A stretch of DNA of 32,000 nucleotides from Pseudothioglobus sp. nBUS_23 (GCF_051201565.1 NZ_CP179200.1:1200001-1232000), one strand, 5' to 3'. Shown: positions 1-10,773, counted from the stretch's first letter. Numbers and translations: made by a program. Notes: a model not told the origin generated them from the letters alone.

Positions 1-245
1 TCAGCAGTGTCAACGGATGGCATTGCAATGATAAAGCCAATAATCTTAGATTTAACTTCAAGCATATAGCACACGTTGTTAGGATTTGAAATACTCTCTG
101 AAAGCTGTTTTTTTGACCAGGGATTCTTTGAACTCTCTTGCTCTAATTGAGCAGCGGTATCGATTTCATACAGAGTGAGTTTTTTAAAGGAAGTACTGAT
201 AGGCTTTGTTGTCAGTTTCGTTTTGGTAGTAATAACCAATTTCAT
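1..245 (-). CDS. GNAT-family N-acetyltransferase, RimI-like (partial; C-terminus lies beyond the left window edge)
   Basis: Not in the ORF track because there is no in-window stop. My minus-strand translation reads MKLVITTKTKLTTKPISTSFKKLTLYEIDTAAQLEQESSKNPWSKKQLSESISNPNNVCYMLEVKSKIIGFIIAMPSVDTA... The (F/N)PWS motif followed by a beta-strand and a V-D-x-A(E) segment resembles the RimI N-terminus (E. coli ...AAYHIEQRAHAFPWSEKTF...AAFAITQVVLDEATL). The frame is open up to a stop at 291-293. In-frame ATGs sit at 245 and 272, and the ATG at 65 would delete the conserved motif. The start is therefore uncertain and overlaps the ilvA 3' end. Confidence 0.55.
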   Translation of the reverse strand, partial: MKLVITTKTKLTTKPISTSFKKLTLYEIDTAAQLEQESSKNPWSKKQLSESISNPNNVCYMLEVKSKIIGFIIAMPSVDTA

Positions 246-1677
246 CAAACCTAGACTCAAGATCTGACACATCGTCCACCTGAAGACCAATTAACACTCT
301 TCCAAAATCAGCGCCGTGGTTTCGATAATGGAAAAGGGAAATATTCCATTTTGTTTTTACTTTTTTAAGAAAGTTTAATAGTGCTCCAGGCCTCTCTGGA
401 AATTCAAAACGATAGATTACCTCATTTTCAGCATTCGCGTGACCTCCGACCATATACCTGATGTGAGTTTTAGCCATAGAATTATCACTCATATCAATAA
501 CCTCGAAGGATTTACTGAGTCTCGTTAAGAGTGCTTGCTTTTCAGTTTCCCCTTTGCTTAGCTTTATTCCAACAAAGATATGAGCATCCTTTTTGGCAGC
601 ATAGCGGTAGTTAAACTCAGTAATTGATGAGTTATCTAAGAGTTCACAGAAACTTAGGAAGCTGCCAGGCTCTTCAGGAATAGTTACAGCCACAATTGCT
701 TCATTAAGCTCACCTAAATCAGCCCTTTCAGCAATATATCTGAGTCTATCGAAGTTGACATTTGCACCTGATACAACTGAGACAATATTTTTGCCTTGGA
801 GTCCATGCTCTAAGATATACTTTTTGACACCTGCTGTTGAGAGAGCTCCCGCTGGCTCAGAGACAGAACGAACATCTTCATAGATATCTTTAATCGCGGC
901 ACACATTTCATCATTGCTAACCAAAACAACATCGTCAACAGATTTCTTAGCTATTTCGAATGGAAGCGCTCCAATCTGCTTCACTGCTACGCCATCAGCA
1001 AATCTTCCAACGTCATCTAAAACAACTCTCTCGTTAGCCTCTAAAGCCTTAAAAAGTGTCGGTGAATCTAATGGCTCGACACCAATCACTTTAATATGAG
1101 GAGCATAGTGCTTGATGTAACTCGCCATACCAGAAATCAAACCTCCGCCGCCAACTGGAGCAAACACATAGTCGATTTCATCGAGTTGTGATAATACCTC
1201 CTTGGCAACAGTTGCTTGACCTGCGATAACCTCAAAATCATCGTAAGGACTAATAAAACATAGGTTTTGCTCTGTCTCTAACTTTTTGGCATGATGAAAA
1301 GCATCATCATAAACATCGCCATGCAAAATGACTTCTGCACCTAGTTGCTCAACAGCTTGAACTTTAATTTTAGGGGTACTTGTAGGCATCACAATGATTG
1401 CTTTAATATTGAGCTTACTGGCCCCAAGAGCTACTCCCTGAGCGTGATTCCCAGCTGAAGAGGCAATGACCCCTTTGCTTTTTTGTTCCTCACTCATTGA
1501 GCTCATTTTTTGATAAGCACCACGAAGTTTAAAGGAATGAATGACCTGATCATCTTCTCGCTTGAGATAGATTTGATTTTTAAATCTCTTCGAAAGCTGC
1601 TGGGCAATCGAGAGTGCAGAAACTTTTGCTACGTCATAAACATTGCTGTTGTCTGCCAAGTCAATTAGTGCACTCAT
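184..1677 (-). CDS. ilvA: Biosynthetic threonine ammonia-lyase (threonine dehydratase) with C-terminal regulatory domains
   Basis: 497 aa. It aligns along its full length with my memory of E. coli IlvA: PLP-lysine motif HSFKLRGAY, SAGNHAQGVA, PVGGGGL, and the C-terminal ACT-like region ...TEFNYR...WNISLFHYRNHGADFGRVL. Confidence 0.95.
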   Translation of the reverse strand: MSALIDLADNSNVYDVAKVSALSIAQQLSKRFKNQIYLKREDDQVIHSFKLRGAYQKMSSMSEEQKSKGVIASSAGNHAQGVALGASKLNIKAIIVMPTSTPKIKVQAVEQLGAEVILHGDVYDDAFHHAKKLETEQNLCFISPYDDFEVIAGQATVAKEVLSQLDEIDYVFAPVGGGGLISGMASYIKHYAPHIKVIGVEPLDSPTLFKALEANERVVLDDVGRFADGVAVKQIGALPFEIAKKSVDDVVLVSNDEMCAAIKDIYEDVRSVSEPAGALSTAGVKKYILEHGLQGKNIVSVVSGANVNFDRLRYIAERADLGELNEAIVAVTIPEEPGSFLSFCELLDNSSITEFNYRYAAKKDAHIFVGIKLSKGETEKQALLTRLSKSFEVIDMSDNSMAKTHIRYMVGGHANAENEVIYRFEFPERPGALLNFLKKVKTKWNISLFHYRNHGADFGRVLIGLQVDDVSDLESRFDEIGYYYQNETDNKAYQYFL

Positions 1678-2422
1678 AGAGCTCCTTTAAATAATCAACA
1701 CCTACCATTGTATGGTGTGTTGGCATGCCATAAACCATCTGAAAAGGCTGGTTCTCTTCACCTAAATGATCAAGAACAACCAATGCACCTTTAAAGTTAT
1801 CTGCCATAGTATACTCGCTAAGCGTCACAACTGTATTCAGACCTGATGCAGTTGAAGCTTTAAAGCCAATTTCAGAGTCTTCAAAAGCGATGCAATCTTT
1901 TGCACTTAGATTCATTTTTTTGAGAACGTAATTGTATATCTCTGGTGATGGCTTTTTATTTTTGACAACGTCTCCCGCACCAATTATTTCAAAATTATTC
2001 ATCACGTCCTTACCCAATGAGGATTCTAAAATCGCTCTAACATTTTCAAAAGAAGTTGTTGTTGCAATTCCGAGCCTCAAATTATTATCTTTCGCTTCAT
2101 AAATTAGCCGCTCAACACCGATTCGAAGCGATATTAATCCATCTGATATTTTACTGATAAAAATATCAGTTTTCTTTCTATGAATATCTGCAATCTCAAG
2201 ACTACTCGATGATTTTAATAGGTCAGGTTTATATTTCTTAATGAAAAATGCAAGCCTTTCTTTGCCTCCACTGACACTCAGCAACTCTGCATAAAGCTCA
2301 CTATCCCAATAACAGTCCAGCCCATAAAATTCAAAAGCTTCATTGAACGCTCTAAGGTGGCCATCGTGCTCTGTGTTTGCCAGAGTTCCATCTACATCAA
2401 ATATTAAAGCTTTAAGAGCCAC
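1661..2422 (-). CDS. HAD-IA family hydrolase, CbbY-like sugar-phosphate phosphatase
   Basis: 253 aa. N-terminus ALIFDVDGTLANTEHDGHLRAFNEAF carries HAD motif I (DxDGT) in the CbbY-type context. A later KKPSPEIY and a FEDSEIG motif are also present. Its stop overlaps the ilvA start by 17 nt. Confidence 0.8.
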   Translation of the reverse strand: MALKALIFDVDGTLANTEHDGHLRAFNEAFEFYGLDCYWDSELYAELLSVSGGKERLAFFIKKYKPDLLKSSSSLEIADIHRKKTDIFISKISDGLISLRIGVERLIYEAKDNNLRLGIATTTSFENVRAILESSLGKDVMNNFEIIGAGDVVKNKKPSPEIYNYVLKKMNLSAKDCIAFEDSEIGFKASTASGLNTVVTLSEYTMADNFKGALVVLDHLGEENQPFQMVYGMPTHHTMVGVDYLKELYECTN

Positions 2423-2516
2423 GATGATTGAATTTAATTGAGTTAAAATGACAAAAAATCATTGCTATTTTAGGCAATTTTTGGTAAAAACTACATTTTT
2501 TTACAAACTAACACTA

Positions 2517-2927
2517 ATGACAGATCCAAACTTTGATGAAATTCCTGCCTACATTCCAAAAAAAGGTGAGGAGTTCATGTCATCCGGTCAACTTAAGCAC
2601 TTTATTCATAAGCTTAATGTTTGGAGAGATCAGTTAGTTTCTGAAGCTGAATCAACCATCAACCATATCCAAGAGGACTCGACACCGGTTGCTGATATCA
2701 ACGACAGAGCTACAATTGAAGAGGAGTTTGCTCTCGAGCTCAGAACAAGAGATCGTGAGAGAAAGCTTATTAATAAGATTGATAAGACGCTTCACTTGAT
2801 TGATATGGGTGATTATGGTTACTGCAAAACTTGTGGTATTGAGATCGCACTTAATCGACTAGAAGCTCGTCCAACTGCTGATCAGTGCATTGACTGCAAG
2901 ACAGTAGAAGAAAGAAAAGAAATCTAA
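2517..2927 (+). CDS. dksA: RNA polymerase-binding transcription factor DksA
   Basis: Coiled-coil tip ...DRATIEEEFALELRTRDRERKLINKIDKTL... and a C4 zinc finger CKTCGIEIALNRLEARPTADQCIDCK closely match E. coli DksA. I prefer the ATG at 2517 (MTDPNFDEIPAYIPKKGEEFM, aligning with ...EPYQEKPGEEYM) over the track start at 2448, which adds 23 non-homologous residues. Confidence 0.9.
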   Translation: MTDPNFDEIPAYIPKKGEEFMSSGQLKHFIHKLNVWRDQLVSEAESTINHIQEDSTPVADINDRATIEEEFALELRTRDRERKLINKIDKTLHLIDMGDYGYCKTCGIEIALNRLEARPTADQCIDCKTVEERKEI

Positions 2928-2959
2928 CTTTTTTTAATTAGTCGTTTGATATTTTCTAA

Positions 2960-3889
2960 TCAGAAATGCTGATAAGATGTTCTTGGTCCTGTGTAACCGA
3001 CAACTTCTAACTTTTTCTGAGAGTTAATCTCACCGATTCTCGTGACTCTTGACCCTAGACTTTCTGAAATCGCTGATATTTTATCTCTCTTTGACTTGCC
3101 CGCTGTAAAGCAAAGTTCATAGTCATCACCACCACATAAAGGCAAAGACCAGTCATTTGTATCTTTGACATAATGCATAACTGAATCACTCAGGGGTAAC
3201 TCTTGAGTATCAATGATTGCGCCAACACCTGAGGATTTTAAGATGTGAGACAAATCCTGCTCAAGGCCGTCAGAAACGTCAATACATGAGCTTGCTAGAT
3301 TTTTTAGTGCTGAACCTAACTCTAAATGAGGAATGGGCCTATTGAGAGCGTTAAGATCGCTCTCTAATGGTATTTCTCCTTTTTTGATTTTTTTAAGACA
3401 CAATGCTGCAGAACCAAGCTCTCCTGATACATAGATGTCATCGCCATCTTTTGCACCTGACCTTTTAATGGGGTTATTAATTTCTATTGAACCCATCATG
3501 GTAATTGAAATGTTTAAGGGTCCTTTTGTAGTGTCTCCGCCAATCAAATGGACATTGAACAGCTTAGAAGACTCCTTGAGGGAAGAGGAGAAATCTTTTA
3601 ACCATCCTTTATCGAGCTCAGGAATAGTCAATGAAAGGGTGTAACATTTTGCAGTCGCTCCCATTGCAGCAATGTCGCTTAAATTAACTGCCAGTGATTT
3701 GTAGGCAATATCTCTAGGTGAGGCGTCTTTAAAGAAATGAATGCCTTCAACAAGGGTATCAGTTGAGGTGACTAGCTGATGACCTGGATTGAGAGTAAAA
3801 AGGGCAGCATCATCACCAACCCCTAACTCAATACTTGGGTCAGTTATCTCCCAATTGAAATAACTTTGGATTAGATCGAACTCATTCAT
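2960..3889 (-). CDS. thiL: Thiamine-monophosphate kinase
   Basis: 309 aa. AIR-synthase-like fold signatures: N-terminal EFDLI..., GVGDDAALF, TDTLVEGIHF, and NLSDIAAMGA. Confidence 0.9.
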   Translation of the reverse strand: MNEFDLIQSYFNWEITDPSIELGVGDDAALFTLNPGHQLVTSTDTLVEGIHFFKDASPRDIAYKSLAVNLSDIAAMGATAKCYTLSLTIPELDKGWLKDFSSSLKESSKLFNVHLIGGDTTKGPLNISITMMGSIEINNPIKRSGAKDGDDIYVSGELGSAALCLKKIKKGEIPLESDLNALNRPIPHLELGSALKNLASSCIDVSDGLEQDLSHILKSSGVGAIIDTQELPLSDSVMHYVKDTNDWSLPLCGGDDYELCFTAGKSKRDKISAISESLGSRVTRIGEINSQKKLEVVGYTGPRTSYQHF

Positions 3890-3894
3890 CTTGA

Positions 3895-4833
3895 TTAAGC
3901 GCTGAGGCCTTTGAAGTGGGATTGAATGGACTCTGACAACGCTTGAAGGTCATAACCCCCCTCCAAAAATGAGATCACTCTTCCTTTAGAGTGGCGATTA
4001 GCAATGCCAACAATGTCTTGAGTCATTGTAAAGTAGTCTTCTGAGTTTAAATTAATGGTGGCCAGTGGGTCTCTTTTGTGGGCATCAAAGCCAGCTGAAA
4101 TAATAATAACTTCTGGCTCAAAGTGCTCAACATTGACCAGAATCTTCTCGTTGAAAACTCTCAAAAATTCTTCACTAGAGGTGCCCGCCTCGATAGGAGC
4201 ATTAAAGATGTTTCCAGCGCCTATCTCAGACTCTAATCCTGTTCCAGGAAATAAAGGGTGTTGATGAATCGAACCATAGAGTACTGAATTATCGTTATAA
4301 AAAATCTCTTGTGTGCCGTTTCCATGATGCACATCAAAGTCAATGATTGCTATTTTTTTTATGTCATAGTTTGACTGCAAATATCGCGCTGCAACTGCCG
4401 CATTATTTAAAAAACAAAAACCATTCACTCTATTCGTTTCAGCATGATGTCCAGGGGGCCTTACTGCACAAAAAACCCTCTTAGAGACTCCATCCATTAA
4501 GTCTTTTGAAGCGCTTATTCCAGAGCCACAGGCTCTGAGAATTGCCTCCTTTGAGTCTGGACATAGAAGGGTATCCGCATAGGGCTCCTTTTCAACACCT
4601 ACTAAGCCTTGACTTGGAATCATTTCAAAAATCTCTTCGAGATATGACTGCGGATGCACTAGATTAATATCCTTGTTTTGAGCTTTTGGAGCTTCTTTTA
4701 GGTCAATAGAGATGTCATCAATCCTTTGGATTGAGTCAAGTATAGATTCTAGGCGTTCTTTTCGCTCAGGATGACCCTCACCATTTTCTTTTGAAAGGCA
4801 TGCAGAATGAGAATAAACCCTGATATTTTCCAT
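3895..4833 (-). CDS. Zn-dependent histone deacetylase-family protein (acetoin utilisation / acetylpolyamine or protein-lysine deacetylase type)
   Basis: 312 aa. Arginase/deacetylase superfamily motifs are present: RPPGHHA, DFDVHHGNGTQEIF, SAGFDAH, and EGGY near the C-terminus. Confidence 0.85.
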   Translation of the reverse strand: MENIRVYSHSACLSKENGEGHPERKERLESILDSIQRIDDISIDLKEAPKAQNKDINLVHPQSYLEEIFEMIPSQGLVGVEKEPYADTLLCPDSKEAILRACGSGISASKDLMDGVSKRVFCAVRPPGHHAETNRVNGFCFLNNAAVAARYLQSNYDIKKIAIIDFDVHHGNGTQEIFYNDNSVLYGSIHQHPLFPGTGLESEIGAGNIFNAPIEAGTSSEEFLRVFNEKILVNVEHFEPEVIIISAGFDAHKRDPLATINLNSEDYFTMTQDIVGIANRHSKGRVISFLEGGYDLQALSESIQSHFKGLSA

Positions 4834-4873
4834 TCTTCCCCTTAAGTTAATCTAGCATAAGAATGCTATAGAT

Positions 4874-5452
4874 CTACATGTAAGCGTTTTCTTTATAAGA
4901 GTGATCAGTTGCATCAAGTACAGCAGAAATTTCAGGGTATAAACCTTTAAGTTGTTTTTCAACACCATCTTTAAGGGTCATATTAACTGAACTACAGCCC
5001 TGACATCCACCCCCAAAGTTGAGAACAACCTCATTCTTTTTAGTGATTTCAACAAGATCAACAAAACCACCATGAGAGGCAAGGCTAGGATTGACCTCAG
5101 TGACGATTGTAAAAAGGACCTTTTCTTCTAGAGGCGCATCATCTTTTGGAGCCTCTCCTTTAGCATTAGGAGCTGTAATCGTTAATTTTTTGTTAGTCCC
5201 ATCAATTTTTAAAGCAACATGAGAGTCACTCAGATACTGGTTATTGGACTCATCAATAAAAGCGCTGAACCCTACAAAAGGAAACTCTTGATAGGTTTCA
5301 GGAAGGTCGCTTTTAATGCAAAAGTTAAATGTTACAGTTGCAACTGGAGTGCCAGGCTTTTCAACATCTACCTTAAGACCAAGATCTTTTTCGTCCTGTT
5401 GCTCAAAAAGGTCAGCAACATAAATTTCTGCTTCTTCAGTAATACTAAACAT
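4874..5452 (-). CDS. nfuA: Fe/S biogenesis protein NfuA
   Basis: 192 aa. It has an A-type-like N-domain plus a Nfu C-domain with GGGCQGCSS (CxxC), and LTITAPNAKG resembles E. coli LTLKAPNAKM. The architecture is characteristic of gammaproteobacterial NfuA. Confidence 0.9.
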   Translation of the reverse strand: MFSITEEAEIYVADLFEQQDEKDLGLKVDVEKPGTPVATVTFNFCIKSDLPETYQEFPFVGFSAFIDESNNQYLSDSHVALKIDGTNKKLTITAPNAKGEAPKDDAPLEEKVLFTIVTEVNPSLASHGGFVDLVEITKKNEVVLNFGGGCQGCSSVNMTLKDGVEKQLKGLYPEISAVLDATDHSYKENAYM

Positions 5453-6293
5453 TCGTTCTCCTAAATACTAGATTATCAATCAGTCGAGTTCCACCAAACC
5501 GTATTGCAGATATTATAATAATTTCTGTAGTTTTAGTCTCGATTTGTGTAAGGTTATTTGCATCTAAAACTTCTAAGTACTCAACCTCAAAGCTTTTACC
5601 TAGTGTTTTTATTGCATCTTTTTTAACTTCAGGAAAAGAATTTCCCCTTAAAATTGAATCCCTGGCATCACACAATACTGAATAAAAGTGGGGCGCCCTC
5701 TCCCGTTCCAAATCACTCAAATATTGATTCCTAGTACTCATTGCCAATCCATCATCCTCCCTTTGAGTCGGTATGGATTCAATTTTTAAATCAAGACTAA
5801 GATTGTTAACTAATGTTTTAATGATGAGTAGCTGCTGAAAATCTTTTTCGCCAAAAACTGCTAAGTTAGGTTTAACAATTTCAAAAAACCTTTTAACCAC
5901 TTGTGCAACACCATCAAAATGGGTAGGCCGGAAAGCACCGCAGAGTATCTGACCAATCGCTCCAACCTTATAGTCAGACGTGGTTCCATGAGGATATATT
6001 TCCTCTTTAGAAGGAAGAAATAATGCGTCAACATTTTTTGACTCTAATAGCAACTTATCTGCTTCAAAAGTATTAGGATAGTCATCAAAGTCCTCGCCCC
6101 TTGCAAACTGAGTTGGATTGACAAAGATACTAACTACTACAATTTCAGAAAGGCTTTTAGCCTTATCAACTAAAGAAACATGTCCGTCATGAAGGCCTCC
6201 CATAGTTGGAACTAAAGCTATTTTTTTGCCCTCCAATCGAAGACTATCTAGATAGAGCTCAAGATCTTTCTGGGTCTTAAAAATTTCCATCAA
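5445..6293 (-). CDS. panC: Pantoate--beta-alanine ligase
   Basis: 282 aa. Contains VPTMGGLHDGHVSLV (the HIGH-like motif of PanC) and FGEKDFQQ. The stop overlaps the nfuA start by 8 nt, and the start overlaps the panB stop by 4 nt. Confidence 0.95.
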   Translation of the reverse strand: MMEIFKTQKDLELYLDSLRLEGKKIALVPTMGGLHDGHVSLVDKAKSLSEIVVVSIFVNPTQFARGEDFDDYPNTFEADKLLLESKNVDALFLPSKEEIYPHGTTSDYKVGAIGQILCGAFRPTHFDGVAQVVKRFFEIVKPNLAVFGEKDFQQLLIIKTLVNNLSLDLKIESIPTQREDDGLAMSTRNQYLSDLERERAPHFYSVLCDARDSILRGNSFPEVKKDAIKTLGKSFEVEYLEVLDANNLTQIETKTTEIIIISAIRFGGTRLIDNLVFRRTNV

Positions 6294-7072
6294 TAACTCT
6301 CACTTTGGGAAGGAAAAGTTTTCCCTTTAACCTCCGCAACAAATGACTCAACTGCTTCAGAAATGGTGTTTTGATTGTCAAGAAAACTTCTTACAAACCT
6401 TGGCTGCTTGCCAGTAGTAATTCCTAACATATCATAACTGACTAGGACCTGTCCATCGCAATCAACTCCAGCGCCAATGCCTATAGTTGGTATTGTTAAT
6501 TTTTCACTGACAGTTTTTGCTAAATCACTCGGAATGCATTCGAGTACCAAAGCACTTACCCCTAAAGACTCTAACAAAATTGAATTATCAATGATTCTCT
6601 GGGCAGAACTCTCGTCTCTACCTTGCACTCTGTAATCATCAGACTTGATAACAAGTTGGGGCTGAAGACCTAAATGACCACAAATATTGATATTGTTTGA
6701 GATTAATTTTTTAATGACGTCTTCATGCTCACTTCCGCCCTCAATCTTGACCATTCTTGCGCCAGCATCTATAAATGCTTTCGCATTTTCAAGAGCGTCA
6801 TCAGGATTATCATAGCTAGAAAAAGGCATATCAGAAATGATGAGTGCATTGTTGCTAGAGCCAGAAACTATAGAGGTATGATAAATCATATCACTGATTG
6901 AAACTGATCTCGTATTTTCCTTCCCCTGAATAACCATTCCAAGAGAGTCACCTATTAAAATAGCATCTACCCCTGACTGATCAAGGATCTTAGCCATAGA
7001 TGCATCATAGGCTGTCAGGCAGGTGATTTTTTGGCCCTGTTCTTTAAATAAACTTAACTCCGAATGCTTCAT
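6290..7072 (-). CDS. panB: 3-methyl-2-oxobutanoate hydroxymethyltransferase
   Basis: 260 aa. Contains ITCLTAYD, ILIGDSLGMV, VKIEGG, GHLGLQPQ and ECIP, which are typical PanB motifs. It sits in the folK-panB-panC order seen in E. coli. Confidence 0.95.
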   Translation of the reverse strand: MKHSELSLFKEQGQKITCLTAYDASMAKILDQSGVDAILIGDSLGMVIQGKENTRSVSISDMIYHTSIVSGSSNNALIISDMPFSSYDNPDDALENAKAFIDAGARMVKIEGGSEHEDVIKKLISNNINICGHLGLQPQLVIKSDDYRVQGRDESSAQRIIDNSILLESLGVSALVLECIPSDLAKTVSEKLTIPTIGIGAGVDCDGQVLVSYDMLGITTGKQPRFVRSFLDNQNTISEAVESFVAEVKGKTFPSQSESY

Positions 7073-7535
7073 ATTTTTTTTACATCAAGTTTGTTAACTC
7101 TATCTATTAATTTTTTTACTGGTCCCAATAGGGGGACATTTATTTCTTTATCAATTTCATACAAAGGAACCATCACAAAGGCTCTATCAATCATTTCAGG
7201 GTGAGGTATAGATAATCGATCACTAGAAATAACCTGTTGCTCATAGAGCAGTATATCCAAATCAATTGTTCTTGATCCCCATTTTACCTTTCTAATTCTT
7301 TTCTGATTGTCTTCTATAGACTGACAAATATCCAGTAAATCAATTGCAGTTAGAGTGGTGTCTATTTTACAAACAGCATTTATATAATTTGGGCCAGGCA
7401 TATCGAGGAGCGGCTTCGATTTGTAATGACTGGAAACACTGATCAACTCTATTCCATCAGAACCAGCTAGAGCGCTGAGTGCATTTTCAATTTGCGCACT
7501 TGGGTTATGAAGGTTTGAGCCTAAGCCGATATATG

Positions 7536-7542
<7 letters not shown>
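7069..7542 (-). CDS. folK: 2-amino-4-hydroxy-6-hydroxymethyldihydropteridine diphosphokinase
   Basis: 157 aa. Contains AYIGLGSNL at the N-terminus, RTIDLDILLY and IPHPEM, which are HPPK signatures. Confidence 0.9.
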
Positions 7543-9321
<1,779 letters not shown>

Positions 9322-9513
9322 TCATAATAAAGATTCTAATCAGGATCATAATAACGAAACTCTCAAAGAAAAATAGATGTAATGAAAGTTACACGATAAA
9401 GCTATAATATCAGCGAACTATTATACCTTTTTTGCCTTACATAAGCCCTTTAGAAGAGATTTAAGGATTTAACGATATGAAAATTCGAAAATACTATCTA
9501 ATCAATTTACTTA

Positions 9514-10773
9514 ATGAATAGATTCATATACTCCTTCATCATTTGGCTGAGCATCCCATTTGCAATTCTAAAGATACTTTTAAAAGACTCTCATGATTTG
9601 TCATGGAAAGTTAAGCTTAAAAATCAGTTAGGGTTTATCCAAAAAAAATCGGGCAGAGTTATCTGGATTCATAGTGTCTCAGTAGGAGAATTTAATGCCT
9701 CAAAGCCTCTAGTTGATTCACTTATGAGTCTTTATCCAAACCATAAAATTGTTATTACTACGACCACTATGACTGGCTCTAAAGCCGTTAAAAATCATTA
9801 CAAAGGTAATGTCAACCACTATTTTTTTCCTTTTGATGCAGGCTCAATATTAGAATCCTTTCTTGGCGCAATTAAACCTGAAATTTGCATTTTGATGGAG
9901 ACTGAGATTTGGCCAAACCTGATACATTTATTAAATAAAAAAAATATACCTGTCGCCCTCATTAATGCTCGGTTGTCAGAAAAGTCATTCAATAAGTACC
10001 AAAAATTCTTCCCTAAACTTGTCAGCGAATCTCTCAGCAAGCTCAGCATTATTTGTCCGCAAAACACTTATTCTGCAGATCGATTCATCAAGCTTGGGGC
10101 AAAAAAAGAAGACTTGCTGATAACCGGAAGCTTAAAGTTTGACAACAATGACTCAATTGATACTGATTTAATTAAGTCATTGACAGCAATGGTTGGCGAC
10201 AAACATGTGGCTGTGTTTGCAAGCACCAGGGATGGTGAAGAAAAATTAATCATTGACAGTTACTTAAAGTTAAAGGAGCGCATCGATTCTCTTCTGGTTA
10301 TCATTCCTAGGCACCCTGAAAGGTTTGAGGATGCCGTAAAGATTGCTAAGAATTCTGGTCTAAAAGTAGAAAGAAGGTCGCAAATTAAACGTTGTGCTGA
10401 AGATACTGATATTCTCATCGGAGATAGCATGGGAGAAATGATGGCTTATTACTCGGTCTCTGATATTGCCTTTGTTGGGGGAAGTCTCACCAACAATGGC
10501 AGTCAAAATATGCTTGAAGCGGCCTCTTTATCAAAGCCAGTTATTTTTGGTCCTAGCACCTACAATTTTGAGGAGATTTCAAAGCAGCTATTAGACAATG
10601 ATGCATCAATTCAGGTAGCTAATGCGGATGAACTCATGCAGACTATTTCTGAATTGTCAGCAGATAAAACACGAAGTGATATGCTCGGCGCTAACGCTAG
10701 AAAAACCTTTGAGGCAAATCAAGGAGCAACCAACAAGACACTCAGGGCAATCAAGCCTTACCTGAAAGCTTAA
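9514..10773 (+). CDS. waaA: 3-deoxy-D-manno-octulosonic acid (Kdo) transferase
   Basis: 419 aa. Contains IWIHSVSVGEFNA (E. coli IMLHSVSVGETLA), METEIWPNLI, INARLSEKS, PRHPERF and GGSL...G.QNMLEAA. The N-terminal membrane anchor is present. Confidence 0.9.
   Translation: MNRFIYSFIIWLSIPFAILKILLKDSHDLSWKVKLKNQLGFIQKKSGRVIWIHSVSVGEFNASKPLVDSLMSLYPNHKIVITTTTMTGSKAVKNHYKGNVNHYFFPFDAGSILESFLGAIKPEICILMETEIWPNLIHLLNKKNIPVALINARLSEKSFNKYQKFFPKLVSESLSKLSIICPQNTYSADRFIKLGAKKEDLLITGSLKFDNNDSIDTDLIKSLTAMVGDKHVAVFASTRDGEEKLIIDSYLKLKERIDSLLVIIPRHPERFEDAVKIAKNSGLKVERRSQIKRCAEDTDILIGDSMGEMMAYYSVSDIAFVGGSLTNNGSQNMLEAASLSKPVIFGPSTYNFEEISKQLLDNDASIQVANADELMQTISELSADKTRSDMLGANARKTFEANQGATNKTLRAIKPYLKA

Noticed and set aside
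914-1099. Short antisense or out-of-frame ORFs nested in well-supported genes. Examples: 914-1099, 3435-3644, 4055-4264, 5219-5464, 7550-7732, 7813-8052, 8348-8539, 9033-9215, 9819-10253, 12012-12282, 15961-16146, 16923-17285, 17934-18182, 22491-22736, 24122-24367, 26230-26523, 27112-27309, 28292-28537, 30619-30894.
   Set aside because: All lie wholly inside genes whose products align end-to-end with conserved families. They have S/L/T-rich shadow-frame composition and no SD or family resemblance. They are typical antisense open frames in AT-rich DNA.
2448-2516. N-terminal extensions proposed by the track: dksA (start 2448), and similarly hemB (12630), ygjP-like (30386) and acs (TTG 17680).
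   Set aside because: The extra residues have no counterpart in the conserved families. Internal ATGs at 2517, 12690, 30425 and 17677 line up with the canonical N-termini and remove overlaps with neighbouring genes. The hemB extension would overlap thiC, and the ygjP-like extension would overlap purL.
2928-2959. Terminator between the convergent dksA and thiL genes. AT-only hairpins after the 168-aa ORF (20608-20632) and in the map-DUF502 spacer (22385-22473) were considered in the same way.
   Set aside because: Only 5-7 bp AT-rich stems with long loops can be drawn (for example ATTAG-N15-CTAAT and AATAAAA-N8-TTTTATT). These are too weak and too common in this composition to call.
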